Source: Myxococcota bacterium (GTDB taxonomy: Bacteria; Myxococcota_A; UBA9160; SZUA-336). Taken from it: a stretch of DNA of 64,000 nt. Position numbers and translations under genes: made by a program. Location of the stretch: contig CBDFGR010000003.1 in assembly GCA_965247115.1 (NCBI GenBank), positions 2,432,001 to 2,496,000 of the forward strand, written 5' to 3'. Positions 28,086 to 38,967 of the stretch are shown in pieces. The notes under the pieces were generated by a model. That model saw only the letters and a list, made by a program, of their open reading frames with translations, was not told the DNA's origin and searched no databases. Position 1 is the first letter of the stretch, and each line of letters starts with the position of its first letter.

Positions 28086-28877
28086 TTGAAGGTAGTTCTC
28101 TTTTGCGGTGGCTTAGGTATGCGCCTCCGAGAGTATTCGGAGCAGATCCCGAAGCCAATGGTGCCAATTGGATATCGCCCAATCCTATGGCATTTGATGA
28201 AATACTACGCACACTTCGGGCACACTGACTTCATCCTGTGCCTGGGATACCGAGCAGACGTCATCAAGCAATATTTCACCAGCTATGACGAGACGATGTC
28301 CAACGATTTTATCCTCTCCCACGGTGGCGAACGTGTCGAACTTCTAAACCGTGACATCTCGGACTGGAGGATTACCTTCGTCGACACCGGGACTCACATG
28401 AATATCGCTGGGCGGCTGACTGCGATTCGGGAACACCTCGGCGGAGAGGAGGTTTTCCTCGCAAACTACGCAGATGGTCTGTGCGACCTCCCGCTAGACT
28501 CCCACATCTCCCGGTTCATCGAGACCGGCAAGGTTGCGTCCTTTGCAACCGTCAGACCGACAACCACTTTCCACATCGTCTCTCTCGGGGAAGACGGTCT
28601 GGTGAGCGAAGTGACCGAGCTTGGTCATTCGGGAATCTGGATGAACGGCGGGTTCTTCGTCTTCAGAAGCGAGATCTTCAACTACATCAGACCGGGAGAG
28701 GATCTCGTCGACCAAGCGTTTGCTCGACTCATACGTGAACAGCAGCTCGTCAGCCAGAAGTACGATGGGTTCTGGAAGAGCATGGACACGTTCAAGGACA
28801 AGCAGGAACTCGACGACCTCTACTGGCGCGGAGAGGCACCGTGGGAGGTCTGGAGGGGGCGTGACGAGGCTGACTAG
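28086..28877 (+). CDS. rfbF: Glucose-1-phosphate cytidylyltransferase
   Basis: KVVLFCGGLGMRLRE..IPKPMV, NYADG, NGGFFV and FWKSMDTFKD motifs; TTG start with GGAGG. Confidence 0.9.
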   Translation: MKVVLFCGGLGMRLREYSEQIPKPMVPIGYRPILWHLMKYYAHFGHTDFILCLGYRADVIKQYFTSYDETMSNDFILSHGGERVELLNRDISDWRITFVDTGTHMNIAGRLTAIREHLGGEEVFLANYADGLCDLPLDSHISRFIETGKVASFATVRPTTTFHIVSLGEDGLVSEVTELGHSGIWMNGGFFVFRSEIFNYIRPGEDLVDQAFARLIREQQLVSQKYDGFWKSMDTFKDKQELDDLYWRGEAPWEVWRGRDEAD

Positions 28878-28960
28878 CCCGTCACGATGGCAAGAATCTC
28901 TTTCTCTTCTCGGCGGTTACAGCCGACGGGGAAGGTTGAGAAACGATGTCAGCGGCTCGC

Positions 28961-31144
28961 TCAGTTGAGCAGGATTGGGGGAGAAGGTGGCCTGAATAGC
29001 AGCGTGCATTCCCCGCCCTCCGCGAGGATCTGTGCCGGCAACTTGCACAGTGCCCCACCAAAGTCGTCCCCCCACGCTCCAATGCCGTCGTGGACGTCAT
29101 CCCAGTTGCACGCCTCCTCACACCACCAGATCGGCGCGGTTTTACTCGATCGGTAAAGCGAGTGCGGTATGTCGCTATCATTGACATGGTCCGCAGATGG
29201 AGAGTCACCGCCGTAGTTGTTCCCTAGAACACCGTTTGGGCCAGTACCGGTGATGCAGTCACCACTTACCGTGCCGCACGACGTAGTAGCTTCAGGCGTG
29301 TCTTGATGGAAGCCGCAACGGCTGGAACTGGGATCACCCGTGCATGTGTTTGTGTTGCGGAACACGTTCTTCTCTACCCACAGGTTTGTCGTCCAGCTAT
29401 CTAGATCATGATCTCCGGTCAACGCATCGTCGTTGCTGTTACCCAACCAATTAGAGTAGAAAAACTCCGCAGTGTTGCCGATCACAAAGAACTCGTCGCC
29501 CGCAAAGATGTCGTTCGACGACTGAGCCCATCGGCTTTGTCCGTCTATATTCCCGCCAAATGACGAATCCCGCTGGGTCGGAGACGCGACAGTTCGGTTA
29601 CGGTAGTACCCGAGCCGCGGACCGTGCGACCCCCACCATATGTCCCAACTAGTGTTCGTATCCGAGTCGTTCCCTTCGACCAGGTTTTCCCCATCGTATA
29701 GACCGTGGCTGAAGAATCCTCTCTCATGGCTGTTAGGCGGGCTTCCCTGGCGGAGGTAGTTGTACGCCCAGACATTGCCGCGGGCACCCTGATGGGTGTA
29801 GATGCCCACGACGAAGTCCACTAGATAGTTGTTCTCGAAGACATTGTCGGTAGTGACCTTGTTAATCCGTACTGCTGAGGTCGAAAACGTCGAGTCGAGA
29901 TAGCCCCAGTTCCTAAATGTGTTGCCTTGTATCCAATTTCGCGCGGCGAACGTTAGGCGCAGGACCTCTCGCTCCGCACGTTCGACAACGTTATCTACAA
30001 CCCAGGACTCAATGACTCCGCTCATGGCAACAAAGGGGCTAGCCCCGCCTGCATCGATGTCGATCTGTGCAACAGACGAGTCAGACGTAAGCCTACAATT
30101 CTCGAGACCCACGTGTTCAAGTGGGGAATCAAAAGGCGATGCTACGCCCTCGTCAGAACAGGTGGCGCCATCAAGAGTGAAGTCCATACGATGTCCGCGC
30201 TCCAAAGTAATAGTGTTCCCATCAATCGTGGCGATCTTCTCAAGGGCGTAGAGAGAGAGATCTGTTGCCTTCTGTGCCCCAGGGATGTCCAAGTACGTAG
30301 GACACTTGGTCACCTGGGATCTATTGGCAGTCCAGCCAGTGTCCGCGATATTGAGAAACGCCCATTGTCCAACAGAGAATCCGCTTGAATCAGCCACACC
30401 GACTTCCGTTTCATGGTACGTATAGCCGCTTGTCCATGCGGTGGCAGGGCGCACCGCATCCTTTCCAATACTTACAATGTGAGCGCTACAGGCCTCGTTA
30501 GAAGTGAGCGTTCCGTTCGCGCAACTAGTCGCCCCCCTAATACCAGCAGTTGTCATTTCCAGAGTCGTAGCGGTGTTACTCTCGCAGCGGAGAACAATGT
30601 TGCTTCGCGGGATCCGTATTACTTCTCCAGTCGCATCCCCCATGTCATAGCTGCCGTTGGGCAGATAGATCACAGACTTGTCGTTGGCAGCGGCGATTTG
30701 GCAGTTTATGTCGCTGAAGTCGGAAGTGGCCGATCCAGATTCGTCTGCCGCGTTGGCTGGCGAGCATCCCCAGCTATTAGGGAACGCAGCTGTGCCCGAA
30801 GCTGGCGCGCAACCGTCTCCACCACCTCCGTCCACGGTGCAGGGATCGGAGGCGCATTCGCACGTCGCGTCGTACTGCATCCAGTTCTGAGCCGAGAGAT
30901 AGTTTGTCTCGGCGTCAGTGGGGGGATGCCACTGCGGAACGCGAGCAGGGGAGATGTTGAGGTCCCCTAGATCAATCGCCGTCTGCGCGGTTGCTACGAT
31001 TGGTACCAGCAGCAGGATGAAGATGGCAACTAGGAGGCAGGGCTCCGGCCTCACGCGCCAACGTGCTGCGGTAGGCCGCTCGGTCTCCGGCGACCTTCGG
31101 GACGGCTCCAGAACAAGCACTAGAGTCAATGTTGCAAGCCACAC
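28961..31144 (-). CDS. Secreted right-handed beta-helix protein (pectate-lyase/GH55-like fold), Cys-rich
   Basis: INCQIAAA..VIYLPNGSY, SNIVLR and repeated N-x-V/F-E-x-N stacks; signal-like N-terminus; start uncertain. Confidence 0.7.
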   Translation of the reverse strand: MWLATLTLVLVLEPSRRSPETERPTAARWRVRPEPCLLVAIFILLLVPIVATAQTAIDLGDLNISPARVPQWHPPTDAETNYLSAQNWMQYDATCECASDPCTVDGGGGDGCAPASGTAAFPNSWGCSPANAADESGSATSDFSDINCQIAAANDKSVIYLPNGSYDMGDATGEVIRIPRSNIVLRCESNTATTLEMTTAGIRGATSCANGTLTSNEACSAHIVSIGKDAVRPATAWTSGYTYHETEVGVADSSGFSVGQWAFLNIADTGWTANRSQVTKCPTYLDIPGAQKATDLSLYALEKIATIDGNTITLERGHRMDFTLDGATCSDEGVASPFDSPLEHVGLENCRLTSDSSVAQIDIDAGGASPFVAMSGVIESWVVDNVVERAEREVLRLTFAARNWIQGNTFRNWGYLDSTFSTSAVRINKVTTDNVFENNYLVDFVVGIYTHQGARGNVWAYNYLRQGSPPNSHERGFFSHGLYDGENLVEGNDSDTNTSWDIWWGSHGPRLGYYRNRTVASPTQRDSSFGGNIDGQSRWAQSSNDIFAGDEFFVIGNTAEFFYSNWLGNSNDDALTGDHDLDSWTTNLWVEKNVFRNTNTCTGDPSSSRCGFHQDTPEATTSCGTVSGDCITGTGPNGVLGNNYGGDSPSADHVNDSDIPHSLYRSSKTAPIWWCEEACNWDDVHDGIGAWGDDFGGALCKLPAQILAEGGECTLLFRPPSPPILLN

Positions 31145-32278
31145 TGTTCGTTACTCCCTAGGTCGCAATCGCACGACTGGATCCGACCCCAGCTCCTTCC
31201 GAGACATCGTTATGGGCGTGACGCATCTACTCTGAACTGGCAGATCGCAGGCCTGTCGTGGACAGTACGCTCACCGATTCCTAGAAACCCGAAGGCCTGT
31301 GTCTGAATTCCAAGTCTAGCCTCCGGCAAGTTAGCGGGTATACCGTACCAGTTGAGGCCGCCGATACCAGCAACTCAGCCTCGAAGCAAGGGAAGGCCGA
31401 TACTAGTAGCGGAGCCAGCTACCGAATGGCTCGCTCAGCTCACACCCTGGGCTCAGTTGCCCTAGCGGGGTCATCGGCTCATTGCCCCGGGAGCTTTAGA
31501 GCTCTCTCTATCGCGTGGCTTAAGTGACATCGGTGGACGTGACTCTGAGTAGCCATTAGTGCGACTGCTCGAGCTCTGGAGCTACTCCGCCTCGGCCGAC
31601 GTATTGTCGCCAACGGGGATCTCCACGGGTATCTAGCTAACTTCTCTCAGGAACTGAAGGTAACCGGTCGGCAGCTCTGGGTTCGGGTAGTTGACGATGG
31701 CAGCGCGCGGCCAAGGCGCTGCGCTTGTCGTCGCCTCGGATTGCGTTGGTTCCGGGAAATGGTTCCGCTACGCTAGTACGGGTTTCGGCACAGATCATAC
31801 AGATCGGCGATCGCACCTCGATATCCATTGTGAACAGGACCGGAGGCGACAGGGTGAGAGAGACAGCATCTCGGCTCTCTCTATACTTGCTCACGCACTC
31901 ATCCGCCTTTGGTAACTATTCCGTCGGCGACGACATACTGCGAGGTTCGCCTTTGCTCGCCGAGGAGAGCGGGATCTATGTCCATCTCGTCGATCTGCTC
32001 TGAATTCAGGGCGCGGCAGTCGGCCGCTCTTGTTGCTCGTTCACGAGTTGGCAAGAACCAGGACACCAGCAGCAAGATCAGAGAGTTTTCCCGCACGGAA
32101 GCGACGAGACCGGACAGAACGCGCTCGGAGATCAAGAAGGAAGGTGCCAGCGGCTTCCGCAGCCTGAGTAGGGTCCGCACGAACGACTGGAGGTACTTGA
32201 ACGAGATTGGAGGGCGCGCGTCGGCGGCAGAGTTGATTCGAGTCGTAAGCTGCCCGCTGCAGAGGACGAACTAGGAGT

Positions 32279-33439
32279 ATGGCGATGCGGATCGCCTTCG
32301 TCGGGTGCGGCTACGCCGCCGACTTCTACGCAAATACTCTGCCCAACCATCCACACTTGGAGCTTGCCGGCGTCATGGACCGCGACGCCGCTCGTGCAAC
32401 GCGATTCGCGGCGCACTACTCGTTTCCCGTCATGGAATCGCTCGACCAGCTGCTGGCCGACCAGAGCATCGATATCGTCGTCAATCTGACCAATCCCTCG
32501 AGTCACTACGAGATCTCTAAGGCCGCTCTACTGGCGGGCAAGCACGTCTACAGCGAGAAGCCCCTGGCGATGTCGATGGAGGGGGCAGAGGAGCTGGTCG
32601 AAATCGCCGAACGGCAAGGTCTCCTTCTGACCGCGGCTCCGTGCAACGTTCTCGGTGAGTCGGCGCAGACCGTATGGAAGGCATTGCGCGAGCGGCAGAT
32701 AGGCGAGGCGCGCCTCATCTATGCCGAGCTGGACAACGGCCTTCTTCACCGACTGTCCTACCTCAACTGGATGAGCGAGTCCGGCACCCCCTGGCCGTAC
32801 AAGGACGAGTTCGAGGTCGGGTGCACGCTGGAGCATGCCGGCTACTACTTGACCTGGCTGGCAGCGTTCTTCGGCCCTGCGACTTCGGTTACGTCCCATT
32901 CCTCGATCGTGGTACCCGATAAGAAATTGGTCGAGGGCCGCGACGTCCACACGCCAGACTTCTCGGTGGCCTGCATTCAGTTTGAATCGGGTCCCGTCGC
33001 GCGGCTCAGCTGCAGCATCGTTGCACCGCGGGACCACTCGCTGAGGATCTTCGGCGACGATGGGATCCTCACCACTCCCAACTGCTGGGACTACGGGTCC
33101 CCCGTCCATGTCCAGCGCCGGACGCCCCTTCGCCTGCGCGCGGAGAAGTACCCCAGAGCTGCAAGGCTCCTGAGGCTCGGACCAAGGAAATATCCGCTGG
33201 TGAGGAAGCCCAGGTTTGTGTACCGGTGCAAGGGGGCAGAGAGGATGGACTACTGCCGGGGCATCGACGAGCTGGCAGGCTCCATCCGGGAGGAACGTCC
33301 GTGTCGGCTCCCCGCCCGGTTCTGTTTACACGTGAACGAGCTCGCCCTAGCGATCCAGCACCCGCCAAAGGCAGGTGCTCCGCGCCCCCTGCGAACTACC
33401 TTCGAGCCCGTGGAACCGATGTCGTGGGCGGATTCGTAG
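32279..33439 (+). CDS. Gfo/Idh/MocA family oxidoreductase
   Basis: IAFVGCG, NLTNPSSHY and GKHVYSEKPLA motifs. Confidence 0.9.
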   Translation: MAMRIAFVGCGYAADFYANTLPNHPHLELAGVMDRDAARATRFAAHYSFPVMESLDQLLADQSIDIVVNLTNPSSHYEISKAALLAGKHVYSEKPLAMSMEGAEELVEIAERQGLLLTAAPCNVLGESAQTVWKALRERQIGEARLIYAELDNGLLHRLSYLNWMSESGTPWPYKDEFEVGCTLEHAGYYLTWLAAFFGPATSVTSHSSIVVPDKKLVEGRDVHTPDFSVACIQFESGPVARLSCSIVAPRDHSLRIFGDDGILTTPNCWDYGSPVHVQRRTPLRLRAEKYPRAARLLRLGPRKYPLVRKPRFVYRCKGAERMDYCRGIDELAGSIREERPCRLPARFCLHVNELALAIQHPPKAGAPRPLRTTFEPVEPMSWADS

Positions 33440-33762
33440 TCTGAGCGTCGTGCGCCGTTTCCGAATCCAAGTGCTGGTAGTAGGTGTAGCCATCACCCGA
33501 ATTGAGATTCGCGCCAGGAGCGCTCGGCCCGAGCAATCGCCCGAGTTAAGGAGAAGCTCATACGCGGGGTGCTTGGAACCGGCTGCCCCTCATATGCAGT
33601 TCCTGGCCCCACGAGCACAAACGCGACAAGCGAGATGATGTGCGAGTTCCTCCAAATCAACGCGATGAGATGAGTGGGGTGGCCATTGCCCAACGGGCGA
33701 CCAGGGCCCCGCCACTCCATTTTGCCACTGTGCTCTACACTTCGCGTAGCCCGTAGCCGGGC

Positions 33763-34992
33763 CTAGCGGCCAATCAGCAAGTCGTCGATCAGCCGGGTGA
33801 GTTCACGAGCGAAGATCCTGTTGCCGAGCGGGGAAAAGTGGGCATTGCTGAAGAGGGGATCTTGGTCTCCACCAAGACGATCGGCTTCCCTTGCAAAGAC
33901 GGGCATGAGGTCGAGAACCTCGAGCCCAGCTTCGCGAAGCTGCCGCGTTAACGGCATCGAACTCACTCCGCGCCACCTGAAGATGAAATCAGGAGCGGGA
34001 AGCACAACGATCACCGGAATTGAACCGGCCGCGCTCGCCTCTTCGGCGAACGCTTTGGAGATGGCCACAGCCAACTCGTTCGCGATATTGAGCTCGCCCG
34101 AGTAGATATCCCGGTGGAGATTCCTTCGCCGCCAGCGATCGTGGACCGTGGCAACGACCCGAAGGGTTCGGATGTGGTACCACCATTTGAATTTCAGATC
34201 ACCCTGACGAATCCAGAATTCATAGTTGGGTTCCGGCAGAGTCTCGCTCGACATTTCCGCGATCATCTGCTCTCTGCCTCGAATCGGGGTATTGACGGCG
34301 CGCAGTTCCCCATCTTCCAATACGAAGCGCGGTTTCTCGCGTGGCAGCTCTCCGAATGTCAAGTAGTAGCGATTGATAGACAGAAGGCGGAAGAGATTGT
34401 CGGGCCAGATCCCAAAGATGGCCAGGTCTGCTTTGAATCTCTCTGCGTCGCGGCGCCAGCGCAGAAGAGCCTGGGAGGGCCCGTATCCTGGCACTCCGAA
34501 GTTCATGACCTCGACGTCAGGCCGCGATTCCTCCAATATGAAAGGCCAGGTGTCTTCGAAATCGACACGGGTAGCCCAGATCACGGAGTCCCCAACCGCT
34601 AGAAGTCGCAACTTGCCTTGGGGAACCTCCTCCTCGTAGATTCGGTCGCGTCTCGCATGCAAGAACTGCTTACTGACGTTGTTGTCTGGATCTTTGTTAA
34701 TCGGTATCCAGCCGAGGTCCTGATCACGCGCGAGAAAGGATGCTGCAGAAATGTGGTCCCAGGCTGCGGCTAATTGCTCCCGACTCGGACGATGCGGAAG
34801 AAGTTCCATCCTGGGTATGCTGGCTACCCCGCCAGTGCACAGCGTGCCGACAGGCGTGGTGCAGGTCATCAACCGCAGGAGCGCCTCCACTGATGTAGAT
34901 GCGACCATTAGCGAAAGCAAGGCTACAAGCAATTTGACTCGAGTTCGAGCCTTGCGTCTAGGAGTGGTAGCGTTTGAAAACTCGGTAGGCAT
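33763..34992 (-). CDS. Membrane-anchored SGNH/GDSL hydrolase-like protein
   Basis: TM + EALLR; AVGDS, NFGVPGYG..Q and AHFSPLGN motifs. Confidence 0.8.
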   Translation of the reverse strand: MPTEFSNATTPRRKARTRVKLLVALLSLMVASTSVEALLRLMTCTTPVGTLCTGGVASIPRMELLPHRPSREQLAAAWDHISAASFLARDQDLGWIPINKDPDNNVSKQFLHARRDRIYEEEVPQGKLRLLAVGDSVIWATRVDFEDTWPFILEESRPDVEVMNFGVPGYGPSQALLRWRRDAERFKADLAIFGIWPDNLFRLLSINRYYLTFGELPREKPRFVLEDGELRAVNTPIRGREQMIAEMSSETLPEPNYEFWIRQGDLKFKWWYHIRTLRVVATVHDRWRRRNLHRDIYSGELNIANELAVAISKAFAEEASAAGSIPVIVVLPAPDFIFRWRGVSSMPLTRQLREAGLEVLDLMPVFAREADRLGGDQDPLFSNAHFSPLGNRIFARELTRLIDDLLIGR

Positions 34993-35634
34993 GTTGCGTT
35001 TTAGATCCCATCGGGTCTACCCGAATGATAAGCGATGTTAAGCAGCATCCGAAACCGGAGGGCTCTACGACTGCGCACGCTCCGGCTCCCTAGCGGGAGG
35101 CGAATGGATCGTGAGTGGCCAGAGATTGCCGCCCCCGAGTCAAACCTAGTCCTCTGCCGCAGACGCAGTACCTGCGGACGAGGATGGGACTCGAGGCCCG
35201 ATCTTTGGCTTGACTTCTCGCAGTTGCTGACTTGGGCTAGACTCTATGAAGCGACCGGCTCCGTTCGCAACCTCCGTGCTCAGTGAGAAGCGGCCCTGGT
35301 CGCCGGCTCAAGAAGCTCCTCCTGCGTCGTGGCATCTGCTGTACAGCAGAGGTGCGCATGGACCTAGGCCCACCGCCAGTGGCTGCGAGGGTTAAGTTGG
35401 AGACGGGACGATCTGTCAGGAGGAGCCGGACTGAGCGAGCGTCGGAGCGCTGCATGCTTCCGCGGGATCGACACGCGGCGATCACGGTCGTGGCCGAGTT
35501 CCATGCCCGGCGACGCTATCTCGTCTGCGCGTGAGCGTCTGCCGTCTCCCTCTCCAACCTCAAGGATGCCCCATGAGCACGAAGCCTCGGCGGCTTGCCA
35601 GAAGGTCACTCCACATCAGCTAGCTAGAGACACC

Positions 35635-37173
35635 TTACTCGACAGCGCTCGTGATCTCGAAGAGGTCGTAGATCTGCTCCGTGTTGGGGAACGCGTAGAC
35701 CCGGTCGGGAAGGAGGGGAAGCGAAGTACCAAAATACTCGTTGAAGATGATCCGGAAGGTGTTGACGGGCGTCAGACTTGGGTGAAGTCCCTCCGCCTCG
35801 ACGCCAGGCAGGAGGAGGGCATTCAGGATCCCTGTCTTCTCGCGCAGTTCGTCTGGCGTTGTATCGCGCCAATCAATCAGCTTCTCGTCTGCAAAGATCC
35901 GGGCTGGGAAGGGCCCCTCGTCGGCTTGAATGATGATGATCGGTGCGACCTCGGACCTTCGGAGCAGAGTGTCGACGAGTTTGAGGATCTCGCCGTTGAG
36001 GAACTCGACTTGTCCGACGTAGTTGGTACGTCGATCCCGAAGCCGTTCCTCGGCCTTGCTCATGCAGTTTCCTTGTGCATCGACCACATAGGGCCAATGC
36101 GGGCTCAGTATGTGGGCGAAGACGAACAAGACTTCCTCGCTGGAGGCGATCTCCTTGAGCCGCTCAAACTTGAGCTTCACCCTCCTACACTGAACATCCC
36201 GATTGTTGACACCGGCCAAGATTCTGGTCCTTCGTGTGATGGGCCAGAACAAGGAGGATCGCAGCAGCGTCCTCGTAAACTCGTTCAGGTGCGCGTGTAT
36301 TTGGAGGTTCTCGTCGGCGTTCCGGTTCATGCGGGTGGGGTCCCACCAGGAACCCAGGTGTACGTAGCGATAGCCAGCACCGTGCAGGAGGCGCCCGACC
36401 TCGTGGTCCTGCATCAGGGCTCTCAACGGCTGCGTGTCGCTAGAATCCGGCCCCATCTCAGCCGCAAGTCGATCCAGATATTGCATATTGAGAGAAGAGG
36501 CCAGAGAGTGACCTGTTCTCAGGTAGTTCGACGCACTCCTAGAAGCGACGTAGAATCCTCTTGCTCGAAGTTGATCGAGAAATGGGGAGTTGTCGAAGCC
36601 GTAGCTCTCGGAGAGGACTCTCTGTGAGCCGTATCGGTCGAAGACCAGGAAGTAGACGCTCCGGGCCGGGCCGACGGGTATCAGTTCCGAGATAGGGAGC
36701 GCGAATTGCTCGGCGACATCGTACTCGTGGGTTCGTGCGAAGTGCGCCGCGAGCGAGACGGCCGGCATAATCACGAGGACCGCCGCGGCAATGTTTAAGA
36801 TGCGTGTGGCATCGACGAGAGTGGAGTTGCTCCGAGCGATCCACACGATGACCGTTGCAGAAGCGAGGACCCAAAGGGGGATTACGTAGCGGCCTTTGAG
36901 ACCGATCTCGATGACCGCATCGACCAGCTCGAAGACGTGGCCGTATGAGAACCAGGAGATGATCACGACGGAGGTGATCAATCCAGCCTTCCGCGCGCTC
37001 CTGAAGACCGCGTACACAACGGCGAAAGTAGCGACACCGAAGCCGAGAGAAAGGGAAAACCCAACCCAAGACTCCTCTGGCAGGAGAAGATCCGCTCCAC
37101 TTGCATAAAGCGCTAGCGGGGGATAAAGCGCCAGAAGAAACGGATGCGCGACGGGCGTGCGACGTCCAGACAT
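35635..37173 (-). CDS. Multi-TM sulfatase-like/LTA-synthase-fold protein (NoeB-like)
   Basis: Five TM segments, then VYFLVFDRY, SNYLRT.HSLASSLN, FAHILSPHWPY and IQADEGP motifs. Confidence 0.8.
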   Translation of the reverse strand: MSGRRTPVAHPFLLALYPPLALYASGADLLLPEESWVGFSLSLGFGVATFAVVYAVFRSARKAGLITSVVIISWFSYGHVFELVDAVIEIGLKGRYVIPLWVLASATVIVWIARSNSTLVDATRILNIAAAVLVIMPAVSLAAHFARTHEYDVAEQFALPISELIPVGPARSVYFLVFDRYGSQRVLSESYGFDNSPFLDQLRARGFYVASRSASNYLRTGHSLASSLNMQYLDRLAAEMGPDSSDTQPLRALMQDHEVGRLLHGAGYRYVHLGSWWDPTRMNRNADENLQIHAHLNEFTRTLLRSSLFWPITRRTRILAGVNNRDVQCRRVKLKFERLKEIASSEEVLFVFAHILSPHWPYVVDAQGNCMSKAEERLRDRRTNYVGQVEFLNGEILKLVDTLLRRSEVAPIIIIQADEGPFPARIFADEKLIDWRDTTPDELREKTGILNALLLPGVEAEGLHPSLTPVNTFRIIFNEYFGTSLPLLPDRVYAFPNTEQIYDLFEITSAVE

Positions 37174-37174
37174 C

Positions 37175-38554
37175 TCAACGACACCCGTAGAGGTAGACTG
37201 TACGCGACGTGCCTTCGAGTGGGGATCGTTCCTTTAGATCGAAGTGGGCACCGAATGCCTTCTCGAACGCTTCCTGAGTGTAGTGGGGGAAGATGTCGTC
37301 TCTACTGGCGAGTAGGCGCTGCGTCTGAGAATCCTCTTTCGGGACGAACTCGACGATCAGGTTCTCACAGAGGCCCCGCAGCCAGGCGGCGATGTTCGCC
37401 AGCGGCAAGTTGTTCCCGATCGCCAGGTGGTGGACCAGCGCTAGAGCCATCACGAGATCCGGCGGGCCGCGATCCTGCAGCGACATGCGCTCTGCGCCGG
37501 CCCAACCCAGTCCCGGACTCGGATTCGAGAGATCCATCACCAGCGGGAGGAGCCGCTGCTCTCTGCTTTGGCGCGCCTCTCGGTAATTCTGGTCAACCGC
37601 GCTCGGGTCGTAATCGAAGGAGACGGTATAGGCGCCGAAGTCGGCAGCGAGCCGGCTGAATACTCCCGTGTTGGCTCCTAGGTCCCAGACGGACGCGGGA
37701 CGGGTCTTGTCGATATAGCTCCGTACAACGGACTTCTTCTCGCTGAAAGAGCTATCCGAGTAGCTCGTCGCCCCGTAATAGTCGCCCCACTCCGTGGCTC
37801 CGGGGCTCCACTCCATTCGGCCAACGGCCGATTCGAGATTGTCAATGAGGCCCCGGAGAGCAGTGGGAGAGACCCCCCTGGTCCTCGCCTTCTGGGCGAC
37901 CTCGGGCGATCCCGCATAGCGGCCAAGTGAGCGCGCGTGAATGTGGATGTGTGTAAGAAGGGAGAACGAGAGGCGGCTCCGGAGAGGGAGCAGACGACTG
38001 GCCAGATCCAAAGGAACTCCATCTATGTTGGTGCGCATGAGCTTGAGCGCGTCGTGATGGCAGAGGCTCACGAGTGCGAGTGGAGCCAAGAAGTGGCGGC
38101 AGAACTGCTGGTAGGCCACCCACGGCTGTCCCTCTGGATAGATCTCGAACGAGAGGGTGTCGATGAAAACCGGCTTCGACCCCAAGAACTGAACGTTGTA
38201 GGCGCTTGCATCCTTCAGCCACATCCCCGCTTCGAGCGCCCTCTTCTGGAGGGCCAATGTGAGCAGAGCGGCTTCCTTGAGCTGGCTAAACGTCCACTCG
38301 TAGGGATACGAGATGAATGGAATGGGCTCGGGCCTCAGGAGCCTGTACGCGCCTTCCGTCCCCGGGACACTCGCCGGATCGACCTCCGAATGAGACACGA
38401 CGAGTCCAGCCTCGACGTTCGCTTGATGAAGACCTGACTCCATGAGGTGATCAAAATGGCGGCGATGGGCAGGCGCAACATATCGGTAGAGGAGCCCCCC
38501 GTGATGGAACAGGAAGCCGCTGGGATCCCGAAAGGAGCTAGTGATCCGCTCCAC
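37175..38554 (-). CDS. SAM-dependent methyltransferase, NoeA-like
   Basis: SFRDPSGF, ISYPYEW, LKDASAYNVQF, WDLGANTG and ALALVHHLAI motifs. Confidence 0.85.
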   Translation of the reverse strand: MERITSSFRDPSGFLFHHGGLLYRYVAPAHRRHFDHLMESGLHQANVEAGLVVSHSEVDPASVPGTEGAYRLLRPEPIPFISYPYEWTFSQLKEAALLTLALQKRALEAGMWLKDASAYNVQFLGSKPVFIDTLSFEIYPEGQPWVAYQQFCRHFLAPLALVSLCHHDALKLMRTNIDGVPLDLASRLLPLRSRLSFSLLTHIHIHARSLGRYAGSPEVAQKARTRGVSPTALRGLIDNLESAVGRMEWSPGATEWGDYYGATSYSDSSFSEKKSVVRSYIDKTRPASVWDLGANTGVFSRLAADFGAYTVSFDYDPSAVDQNYREARQSREQRLLPLVMDLSNPSPGLGWAGAERMSLQDRGPPDLVMALALVHHLAIGNNLPLANIAAWLRGLCENLIVEFVPKEDSQTQRLLASRDDIFPHYTQEAFEKAFGAHFDLKERSPLEGTSRTVYLYGCR

Positions 38555-38795
38555 GGTCGACTTCGGAAGCGGAACCGTCGTCCCGATGCGGTGGCGGATC
38601 GCTCGAGCCGAAACCAAGGCGCCCTCGGAGCTTGCGCCAGTAGATCTTGAGCGTGAAGAGGCCCGCCATCAGGCTTGCAAATGCCACTTGGAGCACCATG
38701 CTCCCGGTGCCGAGGTCGAGATAGGCGTGCGCGGACATCGGCCAAACCAACACCAAGACGCCACTTGCGCTCGCGAGTCGCAGTGCCTTACTCAT
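38538..38795 (-). CDS. Small membrane protein of the AYLDPGTGS type
   Basis: AHAYLDLGTGSMVLQ + TM + KIYWRK. Confidence 0.7.
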   Translation of the reverse strand: MSKALRLASASGVLVLVWPMSAHAYLDLGTGSMVLQVAFASLMAGLFTLKIYWRKLRGRLGFGSSDPPPHRDDGSASEVDRGADH

Positions 38796-38967
38796 CCTGC
38801 AGAGGCTAACTCGATTTCCCCAGACGAGTCAAAGTCGGCGCGCAGCTCCGGGATCCAACTCTGGGGATCGGTTGCCCTTACACAGCATCTCGCCGCCCCG
38901 GTCCTTTTCCAGCCTCAGGAGAACACCCCCCCCGAGCTGGCCCATCTTGCCGCCCAAGCACCCGCAA

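Noticed and set aside
31145..32278. 1.1-kb gap with short ORFs
   Set aside because: No recognisable motifs, RNA structure or repeats; possibly decayed sequence, so not callable.
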